From a phage: a stretch of DNA of 64,000 bases. The first letter of the stretch is position 1, and each line of letters opens with the position of its first letter. The position numbers and the translations under genes were made by a program. This document shows, piece after piece, positions 8,947 through 18,973 of this stretch. The stretch lies in sequence record OZ335962.1; one strand, written 5' to 3'. A model generated the notes under the pieces. The model had not been told where the DNA came from. It saw nothing but the letters and a program-made list of their open reading frames with translations, and made no database searches.

Positions 8947-8958
8947 GGGCCGAAGCCC
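8947..8958 (-). other. UUCG-tetraloop hairpin directly 3-prime of rIIB stop codon
   Basis: gggccgaagccc abutting rIIB stop (8959-8961). Confidence 0.5.
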
Positions 8959-9897
8959 TTATTTAAATTGTTCAGTAACGTCTTCAACTACTTCGTATTG
9001 GCAGGTACGCATTTTAGCATCGTTGTAATCAATCGGAATTGATACTACATCACGCGGATGCACTTTAACTTTTACAACTCGACTGGTTGAACTGCCAAAG
9101 TGACGAATATAAGATTTAGAACACACATGCAGACCACGAGAACAAGTTTGTGTATCATCGTCATTCACACGAGTACGTGGCATTTTAACTACTTTACCAG
9201 GACTGTTATCAAAAGTATTTGAATGACAGTCAAAGTAATTGCTGCGAACTACTTTCCAAGCATAGAAGTAACCATCTTCTGTAATTTCAATATCGTTTGC
9301 TACCAAGAAATCAAAGAGTCGAGATACCGCTTTTTGGCTTGGGTTTTCCAACAGATTTTCCAAGAACGGAAAATAAAATTCAAAGTTTTCGCCTTTTTCC
9401 ATCGAATCGAGAATACGATCAACTAAACCAGATCGCAATTCAATATTTTGATAGAACAAGCTTCCACCTTCAATTCGAACATCACCGGAAATATATTTTT
9501 CAACAGCGCGACGAACATTAATTTTTTGTGCCGCTTCTTCCAATTTATCTGCAACAAGCAGATTAAGAATTTCCTGGAAGTTTGAATGAGTATTAGGAGT
9601 TGCGTTATAAGTTACACCGTCAACAGTAATTGAAATGAATTTTTTAGATGCATTCCAAATAATGTCAGATTTAGCAACTGGAGCAATAACTGCATCGCTA
9701 TTAACTTTAACTGTAATATCACCACTAATAGTAACTTTAGAGCGCTCAGCTTCTTCAGCATTTTTCAAAACACGACGGATTGTGTCCACCGATACACCTT
9801 GCCAATCAGCCAATTCCTGTTGGGTATAATTACCACTTGAATACAGTTTGACAATTTCAGCTTGTTCGTTTTTGGTCAGGCATTTAATATTGTACAT
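8959..9897 (-). CDS. rIIB: rIIB protein
   Basis: 312 aa; MYNIKCLTKNEQAEIVKLY... matches T4 rIIB. Confidence 0.9.
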   Translation of the reverse strand: MYNIKCLTKNEQAEIVKLYSSGNYTQQELADWQGVSVDTIRRVLKNAEEAERSKVTISGDITVKVNSDAVIAPVAKSDIIWNASKKFISITVDGVTYNATPNTHSNFQEILNLLVADKLEEAAQKINVRRAVEKYISGDVRIEGGSLFYQNIELRSGLVDRILDSMEKGENFEFYFPFLENLLENPSQKAVSRLFDFLVANDIEITEDGYFYAWKVVRSNYFDCHSNTFDNSPGKVVKMPRTRVNDDDTQTCSRGLHVCSKSYIRHFGSSTSRVVKVKVHPRDVVSIPIDYNDAKMRTCQYEVVEDVTEQFK

Positions 9898-9908
9898 AAT
9901 TTTCCTTA

Positions 9909-12086
9909 TTAGGCCGCAAGGGCCTTCATAGTTTTAGCGATTTGGGAAACTTCATCATCACTTAAAGAGTTGCGATAACCGATGAAGTCGGAAACAATAC
10001 GGAATTTCTTGGTAAACTCAGCAACCATTTTATCACTGTTTTTTGAAGCATTATTTGATAATACATCAAAAAGATTAGTTACTGTCCAGATGTCATGACC
10101 GATGGTATCTTTTCCACCGTTGAAATATATCCCCCGCAATGAACTAACCATATTACCGAGTCGTGTATATTCTTCGGAAACTTCATCTGTACTAAAATAC
10201 TTCATCATAAAATCTAGTTCAGGATACTTGATAATTTTATCAATATATCGTTGAGCTGAACTTGAATAACCTACGTACTTATCATAATCTACATCATCAA
10301 AAGCATCTACATATAAATCACGCAGAGTTTCAAAAATACATTGGCACTGACCAAGTTCTTTTACCTTTTTCTGCAAAAGCGGACGAATAACATAAAATTC
10401 ATTAATGCCAATAAGATTAGCCATACGAGTCAAAATACTCGTAGATGGATGACAAAGCGATGTAGTACCATCCATAGAGAAAATATCAGAACGATGCATA
10501 TATGCTACATAACCAGTAATTTCATCTGCTTCTGATGTGAGTGTAAACAGTTCCTCTTTTTCCCAGCGTCCGTCTTTAATTTCAAACTTAAATGCAGTAG
10601 CAGCTTTAGGACGAGGAGCTTTACTTTTAACTACCTTCGGAATATAACTTTTAACTAAAGCTTCAATTTCTGACAAATAATGAATGTTAACTTCATCACT
10701 TTCAAACATTGCCATAATATCAGGGAGTAAATCAATCTGCGATTCTACTTCCGGATTAATAAACAGAAGACGCTCATTATGATGAATATTCAAAGTGTTG
10801 TTAAATTCTTTATCATCTAACGCATGCGCTAATCCACGGACAATATTAACACGATTTTTAATATTATCAATAACAATATTAATTTTTGTTGTATTAATAC
10901 CAAACAGACGATAACTTGATGCAACGGCTGAAGTTTCATGACTTTGCTTAATGCGTTTCAGTCGAGGGTCAAGATTTACTTCATACACAACTCCTGCATT
11001 GCATAACTTACTATCAGGTTCAAACATGCTTTGCATCTTTTTATATGACAGATTTTTAGTCGTAAATTTGACTGAATTACTAATCATATAATCTCGAGCA
11101 GAATATCCCATCTTCATCAATTCACGGTATGTATGACGAGGAGATGTAGATTCTTTAAATCGTTTTACATCTTCATTGAATGCCTTCTCACTAAGCTCTT
11201 TAACACGCTCAATAATATTTTTACGAGTACGATCATCCAATGAAAGAGCTTCGCGTGATGGAGCAATATCAAGTGAACCCATTGGAAACTTAATGTAATT
11301 CACTTCATTGCGGATGCTTAACCAGTTACGGTCTCTAATAACACCATCGATAGGATAAACAATACCACCATAGATAGCATACAATCCACCACGATCTGGC
11401 CAATATCTTTCTGGATTTACACCGTAATAGTCATCAAAATCCGGAAAATAATCAATTTCGCGGTCAAGACCATTAATGATAGCTAAATCTTTGAATGGTC
11501 GCATGATATAAGAAACTTCATAAGCAAAGTTTCTAAAGTCTTTTTCTTCAACTGGAACTACGATTTCAATACCAGTTTTATCATCTGGACCCATTTCTTT
11601 TACGAATGTAGGTTTAATCTGCGGACCATCGCCATCCATGTAAGCTACATAACCACGAATTTCGCCTTTATGATATGAAGTAATACTAAATGTATCAGTA
11701 TAACTAAACGGAGATTTAGAACCTAAACCAAATCCACCAATGAAATCGTTAGATTCAGCCTTAGATGAACTAAAGTATGAATTATACAACCCAGGAGAAT
11801 TATCATCACCTTGAATATCAAAATCGCTCATACCCGGACCAAAATCTCGGCAAACAAATCGCGGATCTAATCGTCCTGGAACTTGAATGATAAATTTTTC
11901 ATGATTTCCATTGAGAGCATGGGCGTCAATCATGTTGGTAATCAATTCACGGACTACTGCGCGAATCTTGTTTGTATACAAATCAGATGACAGAATTTTG
12001 AATACTTTAGGAGATGCTGTGATGCTAAATGCTTTTGATTTAGAACCATTACCAAGAATTGTTTCTTTTTCAGTGGTGATAATCAT
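9909..12086 (-). CDS. rIIA: rIIA protein
   Basis: 725 aa; matches T4 rIIA in length and position between rIIB and gene 39. Confidence 0.9.
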   Translation of the reverse strand: MIITTEKETILGNGSKSKAFSITASPKVFKILSSDLYTNKIRAVVRELITNMIDAHALNGNHEKFIIQVPGRLDPRFVCRDFGPGMSDFDIQGDDNSPGLYNSYFSSSKAESNDFIGGFGLGSKSPFSYTDTFSITSYHKGEIRGYVAYMDGDGPQIKPTFVKEMGPDDKTGIEIVVPVEEKDFRNFAYEVSYIMRPFKDLAIINGLDREIDYFPDFDDYYGVNPERYWPDRGGLYAIYGGIVYPIDGVIRDRNWLSIRNEVNYIKFPMGSLDIAPSREALSLDDRTRKNIIERVKELSEKAFNEDVKRFKESTSPRHTYRELMKMGYSARDYMISNSVKFTTKNLSYKKMQSMFEPDSKLCNAGVVYEVNLDPRLKRIKQSHETSAVASSYRLFGINTTKINIVIDNIKNRVNIVRGLAHALDDKEFNNTLNIHHNERLLFINPEVESQIDLLPDIMAMFESDEVNIHYLSEIEALVKSYIPKVVKSKAPRPKAATAFKFEIKDGRWEKEELFTLTSEADEITGYVAYMHRSDIFSMDGTTSLCHPSTSILTRMANLIGINEFYVIRPLLQKKVKELGQCQCIFETLRDLYVDAFDDVDYDKYVGYSSSAQRYIDKIIKYPELDFMMKYFSTDEVSEEYTRLGNMVSSLRGIYFNGGKDTIGHDIWTVTNLFDVLSNNASKNSDKMVAEFTKKFRIVSDFIGYRNSLSDDEVSQIAKTMKALAA

Positions 12087-12096
12087 AATTTCCTCA

Positions 12097-12300
12097 TTAA
12101 TTCATATTGCGTTTAATAACTTCAGCAACTTCTAGTAGTTCATCTTTAGTTGCGGTGTCGGATTGAATTTTATCTCTAATATCCTTAAAGCGGTTTTTAA
12201 ACTCTTCGGCTTCTCCCATATCGAAAAAGCGTTGAATGATTCTATATTCTCGATGAACTGCTTTATCAAAAAGTTCTAAATTTACTCTGTATGATTTCAT
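12097..12300 (-). CDS. Hypothetical protein, 67 aa (rIIA.1 position)
   Basis: ORF with ATG and SD GAGGA; downstream of early promoter. Confidence 0.55.
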   Translation of the reverse strand: MKSYRVNLELFDKAVHREYRIIQRFFDMGEAEEFKNRFKDIRDKIQSDTATKDELLEVAEVIKRNMN

Positions 12301-12316
12301 TTCAATATCCTCATTT

Positions 12317-12354
12317 GCCCAATTAATTATACCACATCCTTGTAGTAAAGTAAA
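12317..12354 (-). promoter_or_regulatory. T4-type early promoter (consensus GTTTAC / 18 nt / TATAAT)
   Basis: Minus read GTTTACTTTACTACAAGGATGTGGTATAAT; -35 abuts gene 39 stop. Confidence 0.7.
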
Positions 12355-14172
12355 CTATTGGCTCATCCATTCTTTACGAAGGTCAGCATTATCTCCCATG
12401 AGCATTTCAAAAAGCTCTTTCCAGTTCTCAGGAAGTTTAACAACATCATATACTGGGTTTTGAATCATCTCACGATATTCAGATTTTTCCAAAGAGCCAA
12501 GTCCCTTAATATAACGGATGCTATGTTTAGGTAGAGCATCTTTGGCACTCTCATATTCAGCGACTGTATAAAACCATTCTTGTTTTTTACCGACCTGAGC
12601 GATGATTACAGGAGTTTTGACGAAGCGAATTCTTCCTTGTTCAAACAGTTCTGGCCAATTACTAAAAAATCCGAGCAGAGAAGGATAAATGCTTCCTAGA
12701 CCATCATGGTCAGCATCGGTCATAATAGCAATATTATGATAATTCAAGTTTTCAGCCTTTTCACCAAGAACTAATCCGGTGATTGCGCAAATATCAAACA
12801 GTTCTTTATTTTTAAGCATATCAGCATAAGACATACCCCAGCTGTTAAGAACTTTACCGCGTAATGGATAACCACCATGAAGTTCTTTATCACGAACATC
12901 AATAAGATATCCGATAGCCGAATCACCCTCAGTCAAGAAAAGAGTAGTGTCAGCATCTTTACCGCAAAGATTCGCTTTAATATGTTTATGAACCTTAGCT
13001 TTAGAAGCCTTTTTAGCTGCTTTAGTTTCTGCTGCCTTTTCTGCCGCCAATTTACGAGCCAAGGCAGCTTCAATGATTGGCATTAAAATTGCTTCATTGT
13101 TTAAAATAGCGCGTGAAATCTTTTTAGCATCAAGCTGAATATGACTACGAATTTCACCAAATGGAGAAGTCAAACGCTCTTTAGTCTGAGAATCAAATCG
13201 CATGTTTTTCATATCACGAACAAACATAACGATAGTCAAACATTCTTTAACACGTGCTTTAGTTACATCAATTTTGAACTTACGTTTGATTTGTGGAATA
13301 AGGTCTTCACAAATATCATCCATAACGCAGTCAATGTGATGGCCACCATTCTTAGTATGAATGTTATTGACGTATGTTAATTGACGAAAACCATCCGGTG
13401 AACGACCAACCGCAATAGAACAATTTTCCTGTTCTTGAACGATAGCATGCTCATCATATTGGCGTGCATATTTCTTAAAATTGCCCTGAACCTTTTTACC
13501 ATTAAAGGTAAATTGAATATCAGGATAAACTACTGCAAGTGTCTGGAGACGATCTAGTGTAATGTCAAGATAAACCTGAGATAGCTCATTAGTTTCAAAT
13601 GACATAAAATCAGGAATGAAAGTAACACGAGTTCCTTTCCATTTTCCAGGAATAGTTTCCCATGATTTATTTTCCATGCCATTTGAACAACGAACTACAA
13701 TATTATTTTGACCGTCGCCAGTTTCACCGACAAACATAACAGAAAAAATGTTAGTTAAACTAGAACCAACACCGTTCATACCGCCAGTGACGCGTTCTTT
13801 ATCATCACCGAAGTTACCACCTGCTTTTGGAATAGTCCAGGCAGCAACAGGACCAGGAATTTCTTCACCAGTAGGTGTTTTAACCATCGCTTGTGGAATA
13901 CCACGACCGTTATCTTCAACTGTTACTTGATTGTTTTTGATAGTAACATTAATTTTATTTGCGAATTTAAACTTAGTACGAATACCTTCATCTACTGAGT
14001 TATCGATAATTTCATCAATAAGCTTAACAAGACCAGGTACATACTGAACACTTTCCCATTTACCAAACAGAAAGCGCTCATGCATTTCATTAGCGGAAGA
14101 GCCAATGTACATGCCGCTACGCTTTTTGATATGTTCAATATCGCTCAGAATTTTAATTTCATTCTTAATCAT
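12355..14172 (-). CDS. 39: DNA topoisomerase II large subunit gp39 (GyrB-like), single contiguous ORF
   Basis: 605 aa from ATG at 14172 (track start is GTG one codon upstream); MIKNEIKILSDIEHIKKRSGMYIGS... Confidence 0.95.
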   Translation of the reverse strand: MIKNEIKILSDIEHIKKRSGMYIGSSANEMHERFLFGKWESVQYVPGLVKLIDEIIDNSVDEGIRTKFKFANKINVTIKNNQVTVEDNGRGIPQAMVKTPTGEEIPGPVAAWTIPKAGGNFGDDKERVTGGMNGVGSSLTNIFSVMFVGETGDGQNNIVVRCSNGMENKSWETIPGKWKGTRVTFIPDFMSFETNELSQVYLDITLDRLQTLAVVYPDIQFTFNGKKVQGNFKKYARQYDEHAIVQEQENCSIAVGRSPDGFRQLTYVNNIHTKNGGHHIDCVMDDICEDLIPQIKRKFKIDVTKARVKECLTIVMFVRDMKNMRFDSQTKERLTSPFGEIRSHIQLDAKKISRAILNNEAILMPIIEAALARKLAAEKAAETKAAKKASKAKVHKHIKANLCGKDADTTLFLTEGDSAIGYLIDVRDKELHGGYPLRGKVLNSWGMSYADMLKNKELFDICAITGLVLGEKAENLNYHNIAIMTDADHDGLGSIYPSLLGFFSNWPELFEQGRIRFVKTPVIIAQVGKKQEWFYTVAEYESAKDALPKHSIRYIKGLGSLEKSEYREMIQNPVYDVVKLPENWKELFEMLMGDNADLRKEWMSQ

Positions 14173-14241
14173 CACTTATCCTCGTTTGGTTTCGGGAATA
14201 TTATACTCCGGTAATCATAAAGCTAAAGGCCCGAAGGCCTT

Positions 14242-14502
14242 TTATTTAAAACGGATAGTCGAATCCTTGAAGAATAGACCAGAACACACGGTTCCTTCTA
14301 CTTTCTGCCCAGTAGGTCCAATAGCACGAAATCCAGTATGTTGGAAGTCATTTTCAGAGCAACCGAACCAGTTGTATCCAGTGATTTCAATATTAGTAAA
14401 ACCGCTTGAAGACAAAACTTTGGTTGCATTATCAGCATCAGTACATCCTGCTAAAGACACTGCTAATACTAATGCTGCGATAGAACGATTAATATATTTC
14501 AT
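14242..14502 (-). CDS. Putative lipoprotein, 86 aa
   Basis: Signal peptide with lipobox LAGC; start at ATG 14502 (track start GTG). Confidence 0.5.
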   Translation of the reverse strand: MKYINRSIAALVLAVSLAGCTDADNATKVLSSSGFTNIEITGYNWFGCSENDFQHTGFRAIGPTGQKVEGTVCSGLFFKDSTIRFK

Positions 14503-14507
14503 AGTTT

Positions 14508-14879
14508 TCACTTAAATTTAATGGCTTGAAGGAGACTAATAATTCTCAAGCGACTTCTTTCATCTTTAACTGTAAATGAAAGAGGGTCACCAGATTTCAT
14601 AGTGATAGTGCATTCAAAATCAAAACCTTCGGGGACTTCTTCGAATAGGTCAAATTCTTCATCATATATTAGAACATTACTCTGAAAACTGTGAAGAATT
14701 TTTCCATCATTTCCAGATGCTGTACTAATCATTGTAACATTATTACCTTTCATATCTTCAACGATAAATTCGCTTGTAGATATTACGGCATTAATAGAAC
14801 CATTCCTATAAATAGCAGAAAATAGATATTTCTTTTCTTCACCTTCGCGAATGCGATATTTCTTACCGATTTTAAACAT
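14508..14879 (-). CDS. Hypothetical protein, 123 aa
   Basis: ORF with ATG. Confidence 0.5.
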   Translation of the reverse strand: MFKIGKKYRIREGEEKKYLFSAIYRNGSINAVISTSEFIVEDMKGNNVTMISTASGNDGKILHSFQSNVLIYDEEFDLFEEVPEGFDFECTITMKSGDPLSFTVKDERSRLRIISLLQAIKFK

Positions 14880-14881
14880 AA

Positions 14882-15058
14882 TTACCCTTTAAGTAAGTCG
14901 TAAAAACCACCATTCACATACTTAGGAGCGGAAACTAACCGAATAGCAATCCGATGACAATCAGGACATACATCAGTATCCCTTTCAGAAATTTTCTTGA
15001 TTTTTTCGTATTCTTTTGCACAGTCTTTGGATTGACATTTATAATCATAAAGCGGCAT
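14882..15058 (-). CDS. Small zinc-ribbon protein, 58 aa
   Basis: Hand translation MPLYDYKCQSKDCAKEYEKIKKISERDTDVCPDCHRIAIRLVSAPKYVNGGFYDLLKG; two Cys pairs; SD AAGGAA. Confidence 0.45.
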   Translation of the reverse strand: MPLYDYKCQSKDCAKEYEKIKKISERDTDVCPDCHRIAIRLVSAPKYVNGGFYDLLKG

Positions 15059-15060
15059 AA

Positions 15061-15474
15061 TTATTCCTTAAAGTGAGCTTTCAACATCTGATACAAAGAC
15101 CATGCCTGTTCATTATTTTCAATAGTAACGTTCATGATCGGGAATTTAGATGGATCAGTTATTGTTGCAGATTCTTCCTGCTCTTCAGCTGCCTGGTATG
15201 GATTTTCAACTTCATTAAAGAATTCAGCTTCATTCGATGAAAGCCAAATAAAATCTTCATCCAAAATATCTTTACCAGAAGATAGTACTAAATTTCCAGC
15301 AAATGACATAATTTTAATAGGACGCCCAAGAGCATCCACATCTAAAATTTTAAAAGGATGCATACCTAAACGGCGTGCATAGATTCCGTTATCAGTATGG
15401 TCTTTAATAAAATTTTCTTGAGCTTGTTTATTTTTAAATTGATACCATTTATTAACTTCAAATTTAATAGCCAT
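15061..15474 (-). CDS. Hypothetical protein, 137 aa
   Basis: ORF with ATG. Confidence 0.5.
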   Translation of the reverse strand: MAIKFEVNKWYQFKNKQAQENFIKDHTDNGIYARRLGMHPFKILDVDALGRPIKIMSFAGNLVLSSGKDILDEDFIWLSSNEAEFFNEVENPYQAAEEQEESATITDPSKFPIMNVTIENNEQAWSLYQMLKAHFKE

Positions 15475-15689
15475 TAATAAATTTCCTTCCAGTAAGTTGT
15501 ACCGTCTTCAGTGATTTCACGAAATACACCGTAAATTGGTTGTTTATCCCCAACCTTTTCATACACATAAACCGAAGTCAAGTGAGTAAACTTAGCAGTG
15601 TGTTCCTTTTGAACTACTACCAAATCTGGATCGAATAACACATCTTCAAATTCGTCATTAGTGCAGTTCTGAACAATTTTACGTTTCAT
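15474..15689 (-). CDS. Hypothetical protein, 71 aa
   Basis: ORF with ATG; TAATG coupling. Confidence 0.5.
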   Translation of the reverse strand: MKRKIVQNCTNDEFEDVLFDPDLVVVQKEHTAKFTHLTSVYVYEKVGDKQPIYGVFREITEDGTTYWKEIY

Positions 15690-15860
15690 TACAATTTCCT
15701 CGTTAATTGAACATTGGAGCGATGCGTTTCAGAAGAGTAGCAGCACCTTTGGCAAATTTTCCATTTTATTCTCCAAGTTATTTTCTGTATCAGTAGTTGA
15801 TATTGATATAGTACCATAATCAACTACTGATGTATATAGTTTTATGAAAAAATTTAAACT

Positions 15861-16358
15861 TTATGCATAGCGAGCTTTGCTATAGTGTTTAATCCAACTT
15901 TCAGGAATGACTTTGTATGTTCCTAAAAATACCGCGTTGTACAACTTAACGCCATCTTCTACCCATTGATCGGTAATGTATGCACACATAGCGCAAGTAC
16001 GATGTTTTTGAACAACCCCTTCTTCGTCTTCAATAAATTCGAATTCATAAGGAGCAACGAACTTAATAGCTCGACCGAGTTTCCACTTAAAGTCTACACC
16101 TACATGCGAAGTATCAATCGTTTCAATTCCTTTAGCAGGAACAGCTTTTAAAAACGCAGATTCAAGAAATTTCGCACGAACATAGCCAAACTGAGGTTTA
16201 GACTTTCCATCTTTAGGAATGATACGCACTTTTACTTCAGAATCTTCATCTTTAACGCCGTGTTTAAGCTGAATGCTTACAATTTCGACCAATTTTCCTG
16301 CTGCTTTAGAACGGGATTTATCAGATACACGAGCAATTTCACCAATATTAATAATCAT
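15861..16358 (-). CDS. Hypothetical protein, 165 aa (paralogue A, where T4 has motB)
   Basis: ORF with ATG; C-terminal motif TDQWVEDGVKLYNAVF shared with next gene. Confidence 0.55.
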   Translation of the reverse strand: MIINIGEIARVSDKSRSKAAGKLVEIVSIQLKHGVKDEDSEVKVRIIPKDGKSKPQFGYVRAKFLESAFLKAVPAKGIETIDTSHVGVDFKWKLGRAIKFVAPYEFEFIEDEEGVVQKHRTCAMCAYITDQWVEDGVKLYNAVFLGTYKVIPESWIKHYSKARYA

Positions 16359-16402
16359 AGTTATCTCTCACTTGTTAAAAAGATTTTATACTCCACAGGA
16401 CC

Positions 16403-16433
16403 ATTATACTCTGGTCCCCAAGAGTTTGTAAAC
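16403..16433 (-). promoter_or_regulatory. T4-type early promoter (TATAAT -10)
   Basis: GTTTACAAACTCTTGGGGACCAGAGTATAAT on minus strand; spacer 18-19 nt. Confidence 0.45.
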
Positions 16434-16435
16434 TA

Positions 16436-16978
16436 TTAATTCAAAATAGCTACCACTGCACTACGAGGTACTACGCTAAAATCACCTGCATGAACAACGT
16501 TCAGAAGTTCAACACCATCTTCAATCCATTGGTCTGTTACCCAACCACAGACCGAAATAAATGGGGTCTTAATAGCTACTGCACGAGTCAAAAGGTCAGT
16601 AGGATCGCATTCTTGGAAGAGGATAAGCTCTGCTTCAAAGACTATAGTTTTAATTACTTCATCATTATCTAAGCGTTGTGCTCGAATCACGTAAGCTTTA
16701 TTCTTATCATGCCAATTACTTTTTGAAAAACTTTTAACAACAAACTCGCCTTCACCAAAAACACTAGTCAATGCTTTATAACCCAAACTTAGTTCAGTAG
16801 TTTTAATTTCAGTTTCAACCAGTTTGTAGGTTTTGCCAATTTCGATGGTCCGAGCAGTCATAAAGGTTTCCTTAATTTCTAATGGTTTAACAAGAGTGCC
16901 ATGCATGCTTGCTATATCTATATCAAATATTTTATCTATAGGATTTGGGGTGTATTCAGGATTATAATTAAATTTCAT
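16436..16978 (-). CDS. Hypothetical protein, 180 aa (paralogue B)
   Basis: ORF with ATG; C-terminal motif TDQWIEDGVELLNVVH. Confidence 0.55.
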   Translation of the reverse strand: MKFNYNPEYTPNPIDKIFDIDIASMHGTLVKPLEIKETFMTARTIEIGKTYKLVETEIKTTELSLGYKALTSVFGEGEFVVKSFSKSNWHDKNKAYVIRAQRLDNDEVIKTIVFEAELILFQECDPTDLLTRAVAIKTPFISVCGWVTDQWIEDGVELLNVVHAGDFSVVPRSAVVAILN

Positions 16979-16980
16979 AA

Positions 16981-17493
16981 TTATCTCATTTCAATAAAAT
17001 CTATAAGTTCAGCATGGGATTTACGGAACATTACTTGGTGTCCGCCAATGATAACTTCATCTTCAGGAACTTCATAAATCGCAATGTACATTCCACGATC
17101 TTTTAAGTCTTCACGCTCTTCTCGGGTGAACCATCTCATCATATCATATTCACTAGCGAAAGCAAAATGATATAATGAAATAAGCCACAATGGAATATAA
17201 TTTTCAAATTGCGAATAATCTTTATTCCATTTAGTTTTAATAGCATCATTAGCATTTTCAACTAATAACTTATCATCGTGCGGAATAGGAATACTTTCAT
17301 GGCTTTCATAATCATTGCTATGATGATGAAATGACGATGAATTAATACCGCAAAATTTTAGCCAAGTTCGAGTTTTCATAGAATCAAATCCACGATAAGG
17401 AGTTGATTGAACGCATAACTCTTGCCTAATTTTCACTATACCACTATCATCGTTTAATGCGCTAAACGATGATTCAACACGATAAATTTTCAT
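16981..17493 (-). CDS. Hypothetical protein, 170 aa
   Basis: Start at ATG 17493 with SD GAGGA; track ORF extended into promoter. Confidence 0.5.
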   Translation of the reverse strand: MKIYRVESSFSALNDDSGIVKIRQELCVQSTPYRGFDSMKTRTWLKFCGINSSSFHHHSNDYESHESIPIPHDDKLLVENANDAIKTKWNKDYSQFENYIPLWLISLYHFAFASEYDMMRWFTREEREDLKDRGMYIAIYEVPEDEVIIGGHQVMFRKSHAELIDFIEMR

Positions 17494-17556
17494 TTTATTA
17501 TCCTCAGTAGCTATGGTGTTATAATACCACAACTAACCGAGGAAGTAAACAACTTT

Positions 17557-18240
17557 TTATCGTTTTGTTGGAAGAGACAGAGGATCGCACTCTTCCTCTG
17601 ACGGAGCATCTTCAAGACCCATAGCATACCGCAAAGCATACTTCATCATCAGGATGTCTTTCGCACAGTCATGAATAGAATCATGTGCAACGAATCCATC
17701 TAAAGTTCCCTTTGGAAGAGGACATGTAGTCATATCACGAACAAGCAGAAGTGCTTCAATTCTGGTACGAATATCACGCTGATTCCAGAATTTACAAGGT
17801 TCTAACTTAAATGTGTCAAGTTCATTCTCAGAAACGCCGTTAAGACGTTGAATATCACGAATGAGATCGACTAAAATTGGAAAATCAAACGACATTCCAC
17901 GGCACCAGCCTTGAGATTTCCAAGGATCGATGTTATGTGCATTGATATAATCATTAAATTTTACAATACCATCGATGGTGCTTACATCTTCATCTGATGG
18001 TGCAATATTTTTTCGAGCTTCAGGAGACTGATTTTTCCACCATTCGATAGTGCTTTTAGTAAAAAGACGATGTCCTTTTTGACTTTTTAAATCAAACTTG
18101 ATTTTAATGCCGCGTGAAACTAATTCATCAAATGTTTCAACTACTTCTGGATTAGGATCAAAGGCAATAACAGCTAAGTCAATAACAGCTGCTTTTTCAC
18201 CGCTTCCCATTGTTTCAAAATCTATAATAAAATCAAACAT
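17557..18240 (-). CDS. dexA: Exonuclease A DexA (DnaQ-like 3-prime to 5-prime exonuclease)
   Basis: 227 aa; N-terminal MFDFIIDFETMG exo motif; length and position as T4 dexA. Confidence 0.8.
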   Translation of the reverse strand: MFDFIIDFETMGSGEKAAVIDLAVIAFDPNPEVVETFDELVSRGIKIKFDLKSQKGHRLFTKSTIEWWKNQSPEARKNIAPSDEDVSTIDGIVKFNDYINAHNIDPWKSQGWCRGMSFDFPILVDLIRDIQRLNGVSENELDTFKLEPCKFWNQRDIRTRIEALLLVRDMTTCPLPKGTLDGFVAHDSIHDCAKDILMMKYALRYAMGLEDAPSEEECDPLSLPTKR

Positions 18241-18482
18241 TAAATTTTCCTCGCTAAATCGCGAATTTGACCTACAGTATAATCTTGGATATAAACTTTA
18301 TTAATGGGCTCATCAATAAATTTTGCCATAGATTCAATATCTTTTTGTATCTCTTCAAGACTGTATACTATCTTTGAAGCTTTTTCGCGAATAGTAACAT
18401 TATCAGGTCCTGGATTTTCTTGAATGACAGCTTTAACGTTTGCCATAAGAGATTTAAATTGGTACCAACTTAATTCAATCAT
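18240..18482 (-). CDS. Hypothetical protein, 80 aa
   Basis: Start at internal ATG 18482 (track start is GTG without SD). Confidence 0.45.
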   Translation of the reverse strand: MIELSWYQFKSLMANVKAVIQENPGPDNVTIREKASKIVYSLEEIQKDIESMAKFIDEPINKVYIQDYTVGQIRDLARKI

Positions 18483-18720
18483 TAATAACCGCCTTATAAA
18501 GATGGCTAATTTCACCTAAAACATAATCACTGATTGTAACAGTTTTCACTTCACCGCAAAAGAATTCTAATGCAATCAAATCTCGTTCAATTTCTTTCAA
18601 TTGAAGCATTAACTTGCCTGATTCAATTTTCACGTTTTTGCGATTTTTACTATAAGCTATTTCATAAATTTCGCTCACTTTATCTTGAAGCAGATAAAAC
18701 TGGTCTTTAGTTATTTCCAC
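18475..18720 (-). CDS. Hypothetical protein, 81 aa, GTG start
   Basis: GTG at 18720 preceded by SD GAGGAAG; track start 18735 is TTG. Confidence 0.4.
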   Translation of the reverse strand: MEITKDQFYLLQDKVSEIYEIAYSKNRKNVKIESGKLMLQLKEIERDLIALEFFCGEVKTVTISDYVLGEISHLYKAVIND

Positions 18721-18967
18721 GAATAGCTTCCTCAAATTTAATTAGTAATTTACAGACACTTTCATCTAATGTAATTACCGTGTCTGTATTACTATGATAT
18801 GATTGTTTTTCAATTCGTTTAATTGCTAGTATAGTATCACTTATAAGATTAAGTTTATAAAGGAGCTCAGCTCCTGTTACCATAACACTGAGGTTATCTT
18901 GCCTATCAGTATGCTTCTTTATACCATCTATTAGACGATTTAAATATTTTGAATTGATGTTAATCAT
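18707..18967 (-). CDS. Hypothetical protein, 86 aa
   Basis: ORF with ATG and SD GAGGA. Confidence 0.5.
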   Translation of the reverse strand: MININSKYLNRLIDGIKKHTDRQDNLSVMVTGAELLYKLNLISDTILAIKRIEKQSYHSNTDTVITLDESVCKLLIKFEEAIRGNN

Positions 18968-18973
18968 ATATCC

